Assembly (NCBI GenBank): GCA_036265105.1
Contig: DATAPR010000055.1
Location: 42,229-106,228 of the forward strand
Reading direction: 5' to 3'
DNA from: Sphingomicrobium sp.
GTDB lineage: Bacteria > Pseudomonadota > Alphaproteobacteria > Sphingomonadales > Sphingomonadaceae
Length of the DNA stretch: 64,000 nt
Shown in pieces: positions 17,580 through 26,339 of the stretch. Under the pieces are notes generated by a model. It saw only the letters and a program-made list of their open reading frames with translations. It was not told the origin of the DNA and searched no databases. Positions within the stretch are counted from its first letter, which is position 1. Each line of letters opens with the position of its first letter. The position numbers and the translations under genes are program-made.

Positions 17580-18566
17580 ATGACGTTCGAAGCCGACATT
17601 CGTCACGCGGCGGCGGGCTTGTGTCTGCCGAACCCTGTTCTTTCGATCGTAGTTCCGGTGAGGGATGAAGAAGACGCAATCCCAGTTTTCATCGACCGGG
17701 TCGTAAGCGTCGTCACGGCTTTGAACGACGCCGCTGCAGCGAGCTTCGAGATTCTGTTCATCGACGATGGCAGCGCCGATGGATCGCTCGACCTTTTGCG
17801 GAGCGCCAACGCCGTTGACGGGCGCATCCGGGTCCTGTCTTTTTCTCGCAATTTTGGAAAAGAGGCGGCACTCACCGCGGGACTCGACCATGCGCGCGGC
17901 GACGCCGTCGTGCCAATGGACGCGGACCTTCAGGACCCCCCTGAAGTGCTCGGCGCCATGATCGCAAAATGGCGGGAAGGTTTCGAAATCGTCGACGCAA
18001 TTCGGTCGAACCGAGAGGCGGACAGCGCTGGGAAACGGATCACCGCGCACCTTTTTTACAGGGCGCACAACCGTCTGAGCACCGACAAGATCCCCGAAAA
18101 TGCGGGAGATTTCCGCTTGCTCGACCGCAAAGTGGTGGACGTGATCCGGGCAATGCCCGAGCGTAGCCGCTTCATGAAGGGCCTGTTCGCGTGGCCGGGT
18201 TTTCGCCAGGCTGCCGTCACTTATGCTCGACAACCGAGACAGGTCGGAACCACGAAATTCGGTTATTGGAAACTGTGGACGTTCGCACTCGACGGGATCA
18301 CCGCGACTTCCACGCTGCCCCTGCGGGTATGGAGCTACGTTGGGGTATCGATTGCGGCGCTCGCTCTTGCCTATGCGTCTTTCATCGTCGCGAGGACGCT
18401 GATCTTCGGCATCGACGTACCGGGCTATGCATCGTTGATAGTCGCAATTCTGTTCTTGGGGGGGCTGCAATTGCTCTCACTAGGCATAATCGGGGAATAT
18501 ATTGGCCGCATCCTGGTCGAAACAAAACAGCGCCCGCTCTACGTTGTGCGCGAGCAAATCGGCTGA
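17580..18566 (+). CDS. gtrB: GT2 bactoprenol glycosyltransferase (GtrB/YfdH-like)
   Basis: 'FIDDGSADGS', 'FSRNFGKEAALTAGLD', 'DADLQDPP', 'GDFRLLDR', 'RFMKG', two C-terminal TM helices, 'GEYIGR...KQRPLY'. Confidence 0.9.
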   Translation: MTFEADIRHAAAGLCLPNPVLSIVVPVRDEEDAIPVFIDRVVSVVTALNDAAAASFEILFIDDGSADGSLDLLRSANAVDGRIRVLSFSRNFGKEAALTAGLDHARGDAVVPMDADLQDPPEVLGAMIAKWREGFEIVDAIRSNREADSAGKRITAHLFYRAHNRLSTDKIPENAGDFRLLDRKVVDVIRAMPERSRFMKGLFAWPGFRQAAVTYARQPRQVGTTKFGYWKLWTFALDGITATSTLPLRVWSYVGVSIAALALAYASFIVARTLIFGIDVPGYASLIVAILFLGGLQLLSLGIIGEYIGRILVETKQRPLYVVREQIG

Positions 18567-18668
18567 GGGGCGTGCGGGCGGCATGGCAGCTCGGCAGCAC
18601 GAAGATTTATGCTCTTCCCGCCAAAGACCTGAGCCGATCGATTAACTTGGCTAAGGAATCATAAGCGG

Positions 18669-19658
18669 ATGAAGAGCTGGGCCGTTCCCGCGGCGATTAT
18701 CGTCGCGGTTGAGTATTTGTTTGCTCTGCTAATCGGGGCGAGGGTGGGTTTCCACTATCGAATTCCTTTCGTCGCCTACGCAATCATCGGAACCACCATA
18801 GCGGCGGCCGGAGTGGTGGTTTTCATTCTAGGCCGGTTAATTCGATATGCTGCGGGCAGGGAGCGCCGGCCCGCGCGACGGCTGATGGCGGAGCTGCCAA
18901 AATGCCTTCCGTTCCTCGCAGGCACGCTGCTCGTCTCGCTCGAAATCGGAGTGCTCACCTGGACGAAAATCATGCTGCCGATCGCCGTTCCTTTCTGGGC
19001 GGATCCCTTCCTCGCCGACTTCGATCATGGGATCTTTCACGCGGAGCCTTGGAGGATCGCGCATGACCTTTTCGGCTGGGCGGACCCCTTAGTTGATCGC
19101 GCCTATATCACATGGGCGCCTATTAAGTTCGGGACCCTAATAGTCGTCCTCGCAATGCCGGAATCCGCGGTGAAGGCGCGCGCACTGGTTGCTTATTTCG
19201 CGATGATGGCGATGGCCACGATGGGACAGTATCTGCTCTCGTCGGGCGGTCCCGTTTTCTATGCGCAGCTTGGGTTCGGGGATCGCTTTGCGAGTCTTCC
19301 AATCGAGCAATGGGTTGAAAGTACGACTCAATATCTCTGGAGAAATTATGAGCGCGCGGGCGGCGACATCGGCGGTGGAATCTCTGCAATGCCTTCTCTG
19401 CATGTGGCTGTTGCGCTTTGGGTTGCACTCGTCACACGGTCCTATTGGCCGCGACTTGCGGTTGCCGGTTTCTTCTATTTCGCACTGATTGTGGTCGGGT
19501 CGGTGCTCCTTGGATGGCACTACGCAGTCGACGGGATCGTGGGTGTCGCGATCACTCTGGTTGCCTGGCGCGTCGCCGCCGTGCCGACGCGCGAGCGAGC
19601 GACTGAGCCTGGATCGCTTCCACTCGATGCGATTCCGACTTCGACTCCAAAGAACTGA
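18669..19658 (+). CDS. PAP2-superfamily integral membrane enzyme, Aur1/IPC-synthase-like (copy 1)
   Basis: 'GPVFY', 'GISAMPSLHVA', 'LGWHYAVD' (His/His/Asp triad). Confidence 0.8.
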   Translation: MKSWAVPAAIIVAVEYLFALLIGARVGFHYRIPFVAYAIIGTTIAAAGVVVFILGRLIRYAAGRERRPARRLMAELPKCLPFLAGTLLVSLEIGVLTWTKIMLPIAVPFWADPFLADFDHGIFHAEPWRIAHDLFGWADPLVDRAYITWAPIKFGTLIVVLAMPESAVKARALVAYFAMMAMATMGQYLLSSGGPVFYAQLGFGDRFASLPIEQWVESTTQYLWRNYERAGGDIGGGISAMPSLHVAVALWVALVTRSYWPRLAVAGFFYFALIVVGSVLLGWHYAVDGIVGVAITLVAWRVAAVPTRERATEPGSLPLDAIPTSTPKN

Positions 19659-20739
19659 CGCGCGCAATTCTGGCCACGCACAGAATCGCCGCGATCGGGA
19701 CCGTGTTGGGCCCCACATAAAGGTGGAAATAAAACAAGACGGCCGGGAGGCAGGCGACCCACACGAGCAGGGCGAAGCGGCGCTCGCCTCGGCGCAGCAA
19801 CCACGCGAAGGGAACGATTAGCAGCAGCGCGTCGTAAGTGAAGAGGTACGGCGGGACCAGGATGGTCGCGGCGGCAAGCACCGCCCCTCGCGCTTCCCAA
19901 TTTGAGCTCCACGCGCGCCATGTCACGATTGCTGCGGCACCGGCGGCGATCAGCTGCATCACGAAAGCGAGCCTCTGCGCCATTCCGAAAAATCGGCAGA
20001 AGGCGAAGACGCTGGCCATCTCCGTCCACGGCCAGCTGCCCTGCAGTACGAAGTGGCCGAACTCGGTCATCATCCGTGCCCACGCCAGATAAGAATCCGA
20101 TCCGAAGGCGACGAGACCCGCGAGCAATAGCAGAGTCGACGAGAGCGCCGCTCCTGTGAACGGCCGCCACGCCCGCGCAGCTACCAGAGCGACCGGGATC
20201 AGCGGTGCGAGTTGGGGCTTCAGCACGAAGCAGCCAAATAGCATGCCGCCAACGAACGGCCGTTCCTGCAGCGCCTCCAGAGCCCAGGCGAAGATGCCAG
20301 TGAACAGAAACCCGTTCTGCCCGACCAACGCATTCGGAAAGACCGGCGGCAAGACGATCGAGGTCGGCAGCGGCGCGCGTCTGCGCGTCGCCACGAGATA
20401 GAATGCGCCCGTGACTATCTGCCATGCTGCGAATGCGAACCGAAAGCTGAACAGGCCGAAGGGGGTCACGAGCAGCAAGAAAGGCGGCGGATAGGCGAAT
20501 GGCATCAGGCCGGGGAGATGGACGAACGTCAGTTCCGTCGCCCGGTGCGCCTGAAGGTCATAGGCGAGGACGGCTTTGTGATCGATCGCGAGCCGACCAG
20601 CAGCCCAGAAGCTGACGAAGTCGATACCTGGCGTCGTGACGAAGCTGCGCCACGCGGCATAAACCGCCGTCACGACAGCGATTCCACCGATCGACCAGGC
20701 GAGCACCCACCCCCAGCGAATGATCCGATCATTCGTCAT
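19552..20739 (-). CDS. GT87/DUF2029-family polyprenol-dependent glycosyltransferase
   Basis: 'DFVSFWAAG', 'FAYPP', 'GQNG', 'LKPQL', 'YD'; multiple TM helices. Confidence 0.85.
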   Translation of the reverse strand: MTNDRIIRWGWVLAWSIGGIAVVTAVYAAWRSFVTTPGIDFVSFWAAGRLAIDHKAVLAYDLQAHRATELTFVHLPGLMPFAYPPPFLLLVTPFGLFSFRFAFAAWQIVTGAFYLVATRRRAPLPTSIVLPPVFPNALVGQNGFLFTGIFAWALEALQERPFVGGMLFGCFVLKPQLAPLIPVALVAARAWRPFTGAALSSTLLLLAGLVAFGSDSYLAWARMMTEFGHFVLQGSWPWTEMASVFAFCRFFGMAQRLAFVMQLIAAGAAAIVTWRAWSSNWEARGAVLAAATILVPPYLFTYDALLLIVPFAWLLRRGERRFALLVWVACLPAVLFYFHLYVGPNTVPIAAILCVARIARVSSLESKSESHRVEAIQAQSLARASARRRRARQPE

Positions 20740-20819
20740 CTGGCTGTGGTGTCTCTCAATGGGAGCATCATGTCATTGGCCCGATTGGACGATTTGTCGG
20801 CCCGTGGTACCACCGGCGG

Positions 20820-21833
20820 GTGGGGGAGAGGCTTAACACCGAGCGCGGGTGGGCGGTACCGGGCGTATTGCTGACGCTCGCGTCGGCGGCATTCGCACTC
20901 GTCGAGATCCCGGATCGTTCGGGAATTGTTCCCGCACTTCTGTTGCTTCCAATGTGGATGGTCGCTGCTGGAGCAATGGCCTGTGTCATAGTGCTGATCG
21001 CAACCGTGCGTATGATGCTGCGCGGAGCCGATCATCCAGTCGGTTATTGGCTCGGGTTCATCGTAGAACATCGCGCGCGGCTGCTGTTCGTGACGGTGTG
21101 CATGGTCTTGACCGGCCTCAATATGATCACATTTATGTGGATTAAGCCGCTCCTCAATTATCTCGTGCCGTTCTGGGCTGACCCTTATCTTGCCTCGATC
21201 GACCGGGCAATTTTTGGCATTGATCCCTGGCGGCTGTTCGGCTGGCTCAACAACTATCCGATGGCGATCTTCTATCACCGCGCATGGTTCGCGCTGATGA
21301 TCCTCACGCTCCTGACGGTGCTATGGCGCCCGGCTTCAGCCGAGAAGAGCGCAGTTATGCTAACCTATTTCGTTCTCTGGTCGATCTTTGGACCCGCAGT
21401 TCACACACTTATGCCGGCAGCTGGGCCGGTTTTTTACGCGAGGCTCGGATACGGCAACGCTTTCTCGGGCCTCGTATCCGCGCGGGAGACGCGGCAGCTC
21501 GCAGACTATCTCTGGCGGACTTACTCTGGAGCGCGGTTCGGCCCCGCGGCTGGAATTTCGGCGATGCCGTCACTGCATATCGCGACGACCGTTTGGATGG
21601 TCATCGCAGTCGCAATCTTCGAACGCCGCTGGCTCGTCGCCATGATCCCTGCGGCCGCACTGATCTTCGTGCTCTCCATTTCGCTCGGGTGGCATTATGC
21701 GATCGACGGATTCGTCGGGGGGGCCGGAGCCGTTCTAATCTGGTACGTCCTACACGTCTTCATGACGCGCGCGTCCCCTTACAGCGATGGCAAAGGAGTT
21801 GCTGCCCTCGCAGACGAAAGTATACGGGCCTAG
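20820..21833 (+). CDS. PAP2-superfamily integral membrane enzyme, Aur1/IPC-synthase-like (copy 2)
   Basis: 'PFWADP', 'AAGPVFY', 'GISAMPSLHIA', 'LGWHYAID'. Confidence 0.8.
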   Translation: MGERLNTERGWAVPGVLLTLASAAFALVEIPDRSGIVPALLLLPMWMVAAGAMACVIVLIATVRMMLRGADHPVGYWLGFIVEHRARLLFVTVCMVLTGLNMITFMWIKPLLNYLVPFWADPYLASIDRAIFGIDPWRLFGWLNNYPMAIFYHRAWFALMILTLLTVLWRPASAEKSAVMLTYFVLWSIFGPAVHTLMPAAGPVFYARLGYGNAFSGLVSARETRQLADYLWRTYSGARFGPAAGISAMPSLHIATTVWMVIAVAIFERRWLVAMIPAAALIFVLSISLGWHYAIDGFVGGAGAVLIWYVLHVFMTRASPYSDGKGVAALADESIRA

Positions 21834-21917
21834 GGAACCTTGGCGCGAACAAGGTCATTTACCATATCGCAATCGTGAACGGGGTAGGCGCTGACCAGGC
21901 AGGAGGATGCCGCCCCG

Positions 21918-22688
21918 ATGTTATATCAATTGAGTAACCGGATGAGCTCGAGATCGGCGGCGTTGCTGCTGACGATCGATACGCATCTCGACGCCATCCT
22001 CAAATATTGGTTGCTTGTTGCCGGACTCGCATCGGCGGCTCGGATAGCGCTGGCGCCAAATACGGAGCCCGTTGCCAATGTTTCGACCTTCGCTTCTTAC
22101 TTCCTGCTGGTGGTGGCACCGTTCGCGTCGACTTTTCTCGCGTTGCGCTGGTTTGCCGATGGGCACCGCCAGCCACAGCCTGCGACCCGGCTCGCTCGCG
22201 TCGGCCGATGGCGTGTCGTAAACCGCGCCGAGGCCGAAAAGCATCGGCTGTACGGTCCCCGTGGGATCATGGTGTCGCTGATCATCGGCATGATGATCAA
22301 CGTGCCTGTGCGCGCCGCCGAATATTTCGCTGCAATGCCGCCGATCCCGATCGATGCGCCGCGTTGGCTGTCTGCCCTTCATTTCGCAATGACCTTCGAT
22401 GTCGTCGTGTTCACGAGCCTCTACATGGTTGCGTTTGTCGCCGCGCTTCGCCGCGTGCCGCTGTTTCCCCGGCTGCTGGTTGCTATCTGGCTTGCGGACC
22501 TCGCCATGCAGCTCCTGACCGCCCAGATGGTCGGTACAACTCACGTGCCAGCGAACGTCGCGGTCGCGCTCCAGCACCTGCTGGTCGGCAACGTAAAGAA
22601 AGTGCTGATCAGTATGACGCTATGGCTGCCGTACTTGCTCCTTTCCACGCGCGTCAACGTCACTTACCGGCATCGCATTCCCGCGTAG
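21918..22688 (+). CDS. DUF2569-like membrane protein
   Basis: Multi-TM ORF ending 'W-x-PYLLLSTRVNVT', which I associate with DUF2569. Confidence 0.6.
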   Translation: MLYQLSNRMSSRSAALLLTIDTHLDAILKYWLLVAGLASAARIALAPNTEPVANVSTFASYFLLVVAPFASTFLALRWFADGHRQPQPATRLARVGRWRVVNRAEAEKHRLYGPRGIMVSLIIGMMINVPVRAAEYFAAMPPIPIDAPRWLSALHFAMTFDVVVFTSLYMVAFVAALRRVPLFPRLLVAIWLADLAMQLLTAQMVGTTHVPANVAVALQHLLVGNVKKVLISMTLWLPYLLLSTRVNVTYRHRIPA

Positions 22689-22884
22689 CCCGGAGCGATT
22701 GCCCGATTCGCTTCCGTAGCAAAACCGTAACGAAATCCGGCCTTTGGCTTGCGGATTTTGTGGCGCGAGGACGATAGCCGAGTCCGAAAATGGGACGAAT
22801 CGAAGGGTAATTAACTCTCCATAAGGAGGCAGAATATTCTCTTTGCGTTCAATGGTTTAGCAGAGGCCAAGAATTCTCTACTTC

Positions 22885-22924
22885 TTAACCCGATTTAAAA
22901 AACTCTGGTTGACAATGCGTTAAC
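22885..22924 (+). promoter_or_regulatory. Two CtrA-like boxes upstream of the pilins
   Basis: TTAA-N7-TAAA (22885) and TTGA-N7-TTAAC (22909), each one mismatch from TTAA-N7-TTAA. Confidence 0.45.
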
Positions 22925-23097
22925 TGAGTCGCAGCCCATGAGCAGCTGAGCGCTCGGGGGGCAATTGTCGCGAGCCTAATTTTACTCGGTTCCACCGGGT
23001 TCGCGGCGCGAATTCAGCGTCAACTTCCTCCGATTCACGCGCAGCCTGAAATCCGTGCCCACGGGGGGGCATGGGTGCATGTGGAAGGAATAAGACA

Positions 23098-23277
23098 ATG
23101 AAGACCTTCATTCGTATGCTCAAGGACGAGTCCGGCGCTTCGGCGGCGGAATACGCCCTCATTCTCGCGATCGTCGGTTCGGCGATTGCGCTTGCAGCGA
23201 TTACGCTCGGCCACACCATTGGCAATGCCATGAACTCGGCCAGCACCTGCATCAGCTCGAAGGGCACGAACTGCTAA
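23098..23277 (+). CDS. flp: Flp/type IVc pilin 1
   Basis: 'DESG|ASAAEY' prepilin cleavage and Flp motif, hydrophobic helix. Confidence 0.92.
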   Translation: MKTFIRMLKDESGASAAEYALILAIVGSAIALAAITLGHTIGNAMNSASTCISSKGTNC

Positions 23278-23321
23278 GCTGACTAATTGCTGTTTGCGAA
23301 ATGACGCAGAAAGGGATTTCG

Positions 23322-23504
23322 ATGGGAATTCTCATCAAGATGCTGAAGGACCGATCCGGTGCTTCGGCCGCCGAGTATGCGTTAATTCTCGCGATCGTCG
23401 GTTCCGCTATTGCGCTCGCAGCCTTCACGCTCGGGCGAACTATCGGGAACGCGATCAACAGCACAGACGCTTGCATCAGCAGCAAGGGAGGCTCTTGCAG
23501 CTGA
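23322..23504 (+). CDS. flp: Flp/type IVc pilin 2
   Basis: 'DRSG|ASAAEY', paralogue of pilin 1. Confidence 0.92.
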   Translation: MGILIKMLKDRSGASAAEYALILAIVGSAIALAAFTLGRTIGNAINSTDACISSKGGSCS

Positions 23505-23512
23505 GAAAGACC

Positions 23513-23540
23513 TGGGGCCGTCGTTTCGGCGGCGGCCCCA
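23513..23540 (+). terminator. Hairpin between the pilins and cpaB (partial terminator or RNA stabiliser)
   Basis: TGGGGCCGTCG/CGGCGGCCCCA 11-bp stem; no T-tract. Confidence 0.5.
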
Positions 23541-23628
23541 CTCACTCCAGTGTATCGACTGCTTTGTTAAACAGGAGCTTACGCGGGAGTCGAACTTAGG
23601 TTAGAATCCGCGTCCGGGGGGACGGACC

Positions 23629-24549
23629 ATGATGTCACGTCAAACAATGATCGCACTGACTGGCGCGATCGTTTTGGGACTTATCGCGGTGTTCATCGCG
23701 AACTCGTATCTGAACGGCGCGCAGAAGCGTGCCTATGCGGGCGCGACGACGAAGGTCGCGGTCGCGAGCGCGCCGATGGCCTACGGAACCGTCATAACAC
23801 CTGACAAGGTGCGCTTTGCTGACTTTCCGAACTCAAGCATCCCGCCTGGGGCGTTTACCAACGAACAGCAGCTGCTGCCCGCCGGAAAGAAGCGCGTCGC
23901 GCTGATGGAGATCGGTGTCAACGAACCGATCCTGAAGGACAAGATATCGGGCGAAGGTGAGGGCGCATCGATCTCCGCGCTTCTTCCTGACGGAATGCGC
24001 GCGGCTACCGTTCGCATCAACGATGTTTCAGGCGTCGCGGGCTTCATCCAGCCAAACGATCATGTCGACGTTCTGATCACGCGCGACCTCGAAGGTGGCA
24101 ACGCCACTCAGGCAACGGATGTGCTGCTTCAGAACATTCGGGTCATGGCGATCGGCCAGCAGGCAAAGGACGCCAACGGAAAACCAATTTCAGCTCGAAC
24201 AGCAACTTTGGAGGTTGCGCCGATCGATGCACAAAAACTCGCGCTTGGCGAGGCGGCGGGCAGCTTGAGCCTCGTGCTCCGCAAGCCCGGCGAGCCGAGC
24301 AATCCAGTTGTCGAGACCGTCAGTCTCAATGACCTTCGCTACAACATGTACGGCGGTGCGCGCTATCCGGCGCCCGCGGTGGTCGGAAGCCTCGGCACGC
24401 CAGCGGTTCCTGCCGCGGCGCCAAGGCCAGTTCACCGCGTGGGTGTGATCAAAATTAGGCCCGTGCCGCCGGCCGACTTTGGCAAGCAGATCGAAGTGTA
24501 CCGCGGAACGAAGAGCGACCAGGTGAAGGTGGGGGAAAATGGGCGCTAA
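23629..24549 (+). CDS. cpaB: Flp pilus assembly protein CpaB/RcpC
   Basis: SAF-like region; 'GMRAATVRINDVSGVAGFIQPNDHVDVL', 'LLQNIRVMAIGQ'. Confidence 0.92.
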   Translation: MMSRQTMIALTGAIVLGLIAVFIANSYLNGAQKRAYAGATTKVAVASAPMAYGTVITPDKVRFADFPNSSIPPGAFTNEQQLLPAGKKRVALMEIGVNEPILKDKISGEGEGASISALLPDGMRAATVRINDVSGVAGFIQPNDHVDVLITRDLEGGNATQATDVLLQNIRVMAIGQQAKDANGKPISARTATLEVAPIDAQKLALGEAAGSLSLVLRKPGEPSNPVVETVSLNDLRYNMYGGARYPAPAVVGSLGTPAVPAAAPRPVHRVGVIKIRPVPPADFGKQIEVYRGTKSDQVKVGENGR

Positions 24550-26044
24550 GAAGCTGAAACGCTTTACGCTTTGCGCGGCGGCAGTCGGGGCGCTGCTCGC
24601 CGCGCATCCTGCGCTCGCGCAGGTCAGCGTGGCGACGAACATAAGTGCGGGCGAACTCGATGTTCCCGTGAACAAGAGCCAAGTGGTCCGCGTCGACCGC
24701 GCCTACTCCAAGGCGCTCATTGGCAATCCGGACATTGCCGATATCGTGCCGATCAGCGAGACTTCGGTTTACGTTCTTGGAAAGAAGACTGGCACAACCA
24801 GCCTGACGCTTTACGATCGTGCCAATCGTTTGATTGCGGTTGTGGACATTTCCGTTGGTCCCGATGTCACGAGCCTGAAGAGACAGCTAGCGCAGCTACT
24901 TCCGGCCGACGAGATCTCGGCGACGATGTCGAACGATTCGGTCGTGCTCCAGGGGATGGTGCCTAATGCAGTCGATGCCGATCGGGCTGTCCAGATCGCC
25001 GATACGTTCGCACCTGGCAAGGTCGTGAACCTGCTATCCTTGGGGTCAGCCCAACAAGTGATGCTGGACGTCCGCTTCGCCGAGGTGAAGCGCACGGCTC
25101 TTGCTCAGCTCGGGCTCAATTGGAGCGTACTCGGTGACACCGGCAAGCTGCAGGGTAATGTCGGTGATGGCACCAGCACCAGCACGTTTACGGATCCGAC
25201 AACTGGGCAAGTGCTCGGGTCACAAATCCTGCGCGGGAACGTTGCCGGCAGCTTCGCGATCATCTCCCGTACGTTCCGTGCGTTCGGAGCGAACTTCAAC
25301 GTCCAGCTGGATGCGCTCGAAAACAAAGGAGCGATCACGACGCTCGCGGAGCCTACGCTCGTCGCTTTGTCCGGCGAGACGGCGAGCTTCCTCGCTGGCG
25401 GTGAATTCCCAATTCCTGTCTCTCAAGGAAGCAGCGGCACCGCCGGGACGGCGATTACGGTCGAATTCAAGCCGTTCGGGGTAAGTCTTGCATTTACGCC
25501 GACCGTCTTGGCTGACGGTGTTATCAATCTTGTTGTCGAACCTGAGGTGAGCTCAATCGACCCTACTGCTTCGGTCACCATCAACGGCTTGACGATTCCA
25601 GGCCTTCAGACGCGCCGCGCAAAAACGACATTAGAAATCCGCGATGGTGAGAGCTTCGCTATGGCCGGCCTGATCCGCAAGGACTTCCAGGATACAGTTA
25701 AGCAAGTTCCGCTGCTCGGCTCGATACCGATCATTGGCGCGCTGTTCCGTTCCACGGGCTTCCAACACCAGGAGAACGAGCTCGTCATCATCGTCACGCC
25801 GCATTTGGTGCGGCCGGTGCCCGACGGAACCATGAAGTTGCCGACCGATCGCGTTGGGCCGCCAAACGAGGCTGACTTGCTGATCAATGGCCGCACGGAT
25901 ACCGGCGCCCCACCCGCCGCCCGGCCTTTTGTTCAGCCATCGCCATTCCCTCCGCCGCCTCCCCCCCCAACTGGTAGTTCGGGCGGAATGGCGCTCGCAA
26001 AACAGCCTTCGGGTTTCGAAAAGGACTATGGGCATGTCCTCTAA
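24539..26044 (+). CDS. cpaC: Tad secretin CpaC/RcpA
   Basis: 'IGNPDIAD', BON-like domain, 'QVMLDVRFAEV', 'LAEPTLVALSGETASFLAGGEFP', 'ELVIIVTP'. Confidence 0.93.
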   Translation: MGAKKLKRFTLCAAAVGALLAAHPALAQVSVATNISAGELDVPVNKSQVVRVDRAYSKALIGNPDIADIVPISETSVYVLGKKTGTTSLTLYDRANRLIAVVDISVGPDVTSLKRQLAQLLPADEISATMSNDSVVLQGMVPNAVDADRAVQIADTFAPGKVVNLLSLGSAQQVMLDVRFAEVKRTALAQLGLNWSVLGDTGKLQGNVGDGTSTSTFTDPTTGQVLGSQILRGNVAGSFAIISRTFRAFGANFNVQLDALENKGAITTLAEPTLVALSGETASFLAGGEFPIPVSQGSSGTAGTAITVEFKPFGVSLAFTPTVLADGVINLVVEPEVSSIDPTASVTINGLTIPGLQTRRAKTTLEIRDGESFAMAGLIRKDFQDTVKQVPLLGSIPIIGALFRSTGFQHQENELVIIVTPHLVRPVPDGTMKLPTDRVGPPNEADLLINGRTDTGAPPAARPFVQPSPFPPPPPPPTGSSGGMALAKQPSGFEKDYGHVL

Positions 26045-26327
26045 GCAACTCTGGATTGCGGTCGTCGGGTGCGCGGCGCTGGCGGGATGCAATACCGCGC
26101 AGACTCACATTGGGGATGAGGATCCGGGCCTCGGCGAAGCAGTGAAGTATGATGTGGCTATCCAGACCGTAAATCCAGCACCTGTGTACCCGGCGGACTC
26201 AACACAGCCCGGAAGCAATGGCGAGCTCGGAACGAAGGCGGTTGAGCGATACCGAACCGACAAAGTGAAAGCGCCTCAGGCGCAGAATCCCACCCGACCC
26301 GTCACGGGCAGTGGCGGACCCCAATGA
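26028..26327 (+). CDS. Small pilus-associated lipoprotein
   Basis: AAGGA RBS; lipobox 'LAGC'; sits inside the operon. Confidence 0.75.
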   Translation: MGMSSKQLWIAVVGCAALAGCNTAQTHIGDEDPGLGEAVKYDVAIQTVNPAPVYPADSTQPGSNGELGTKAVERYRTDKVKAPQAQNPTRPVTGSGGPQ

Positions 26328-26339
26328 GGATGCTGAGCA

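Noticed and set aside
17136-18470. 444-aa minus-strand ORF
   Set aside because: Shadow of the well-supported M23 and gtrB genes.
22700-22810. GCAAAACC...GAAA...GGGACG resembling a c-di-GMP-I riboswitch before the pilins
   Set aside because: Conserved elements are not in the right order and spacing, and there is no convincing P1/P2 pairing. An Infernal search would settle it.
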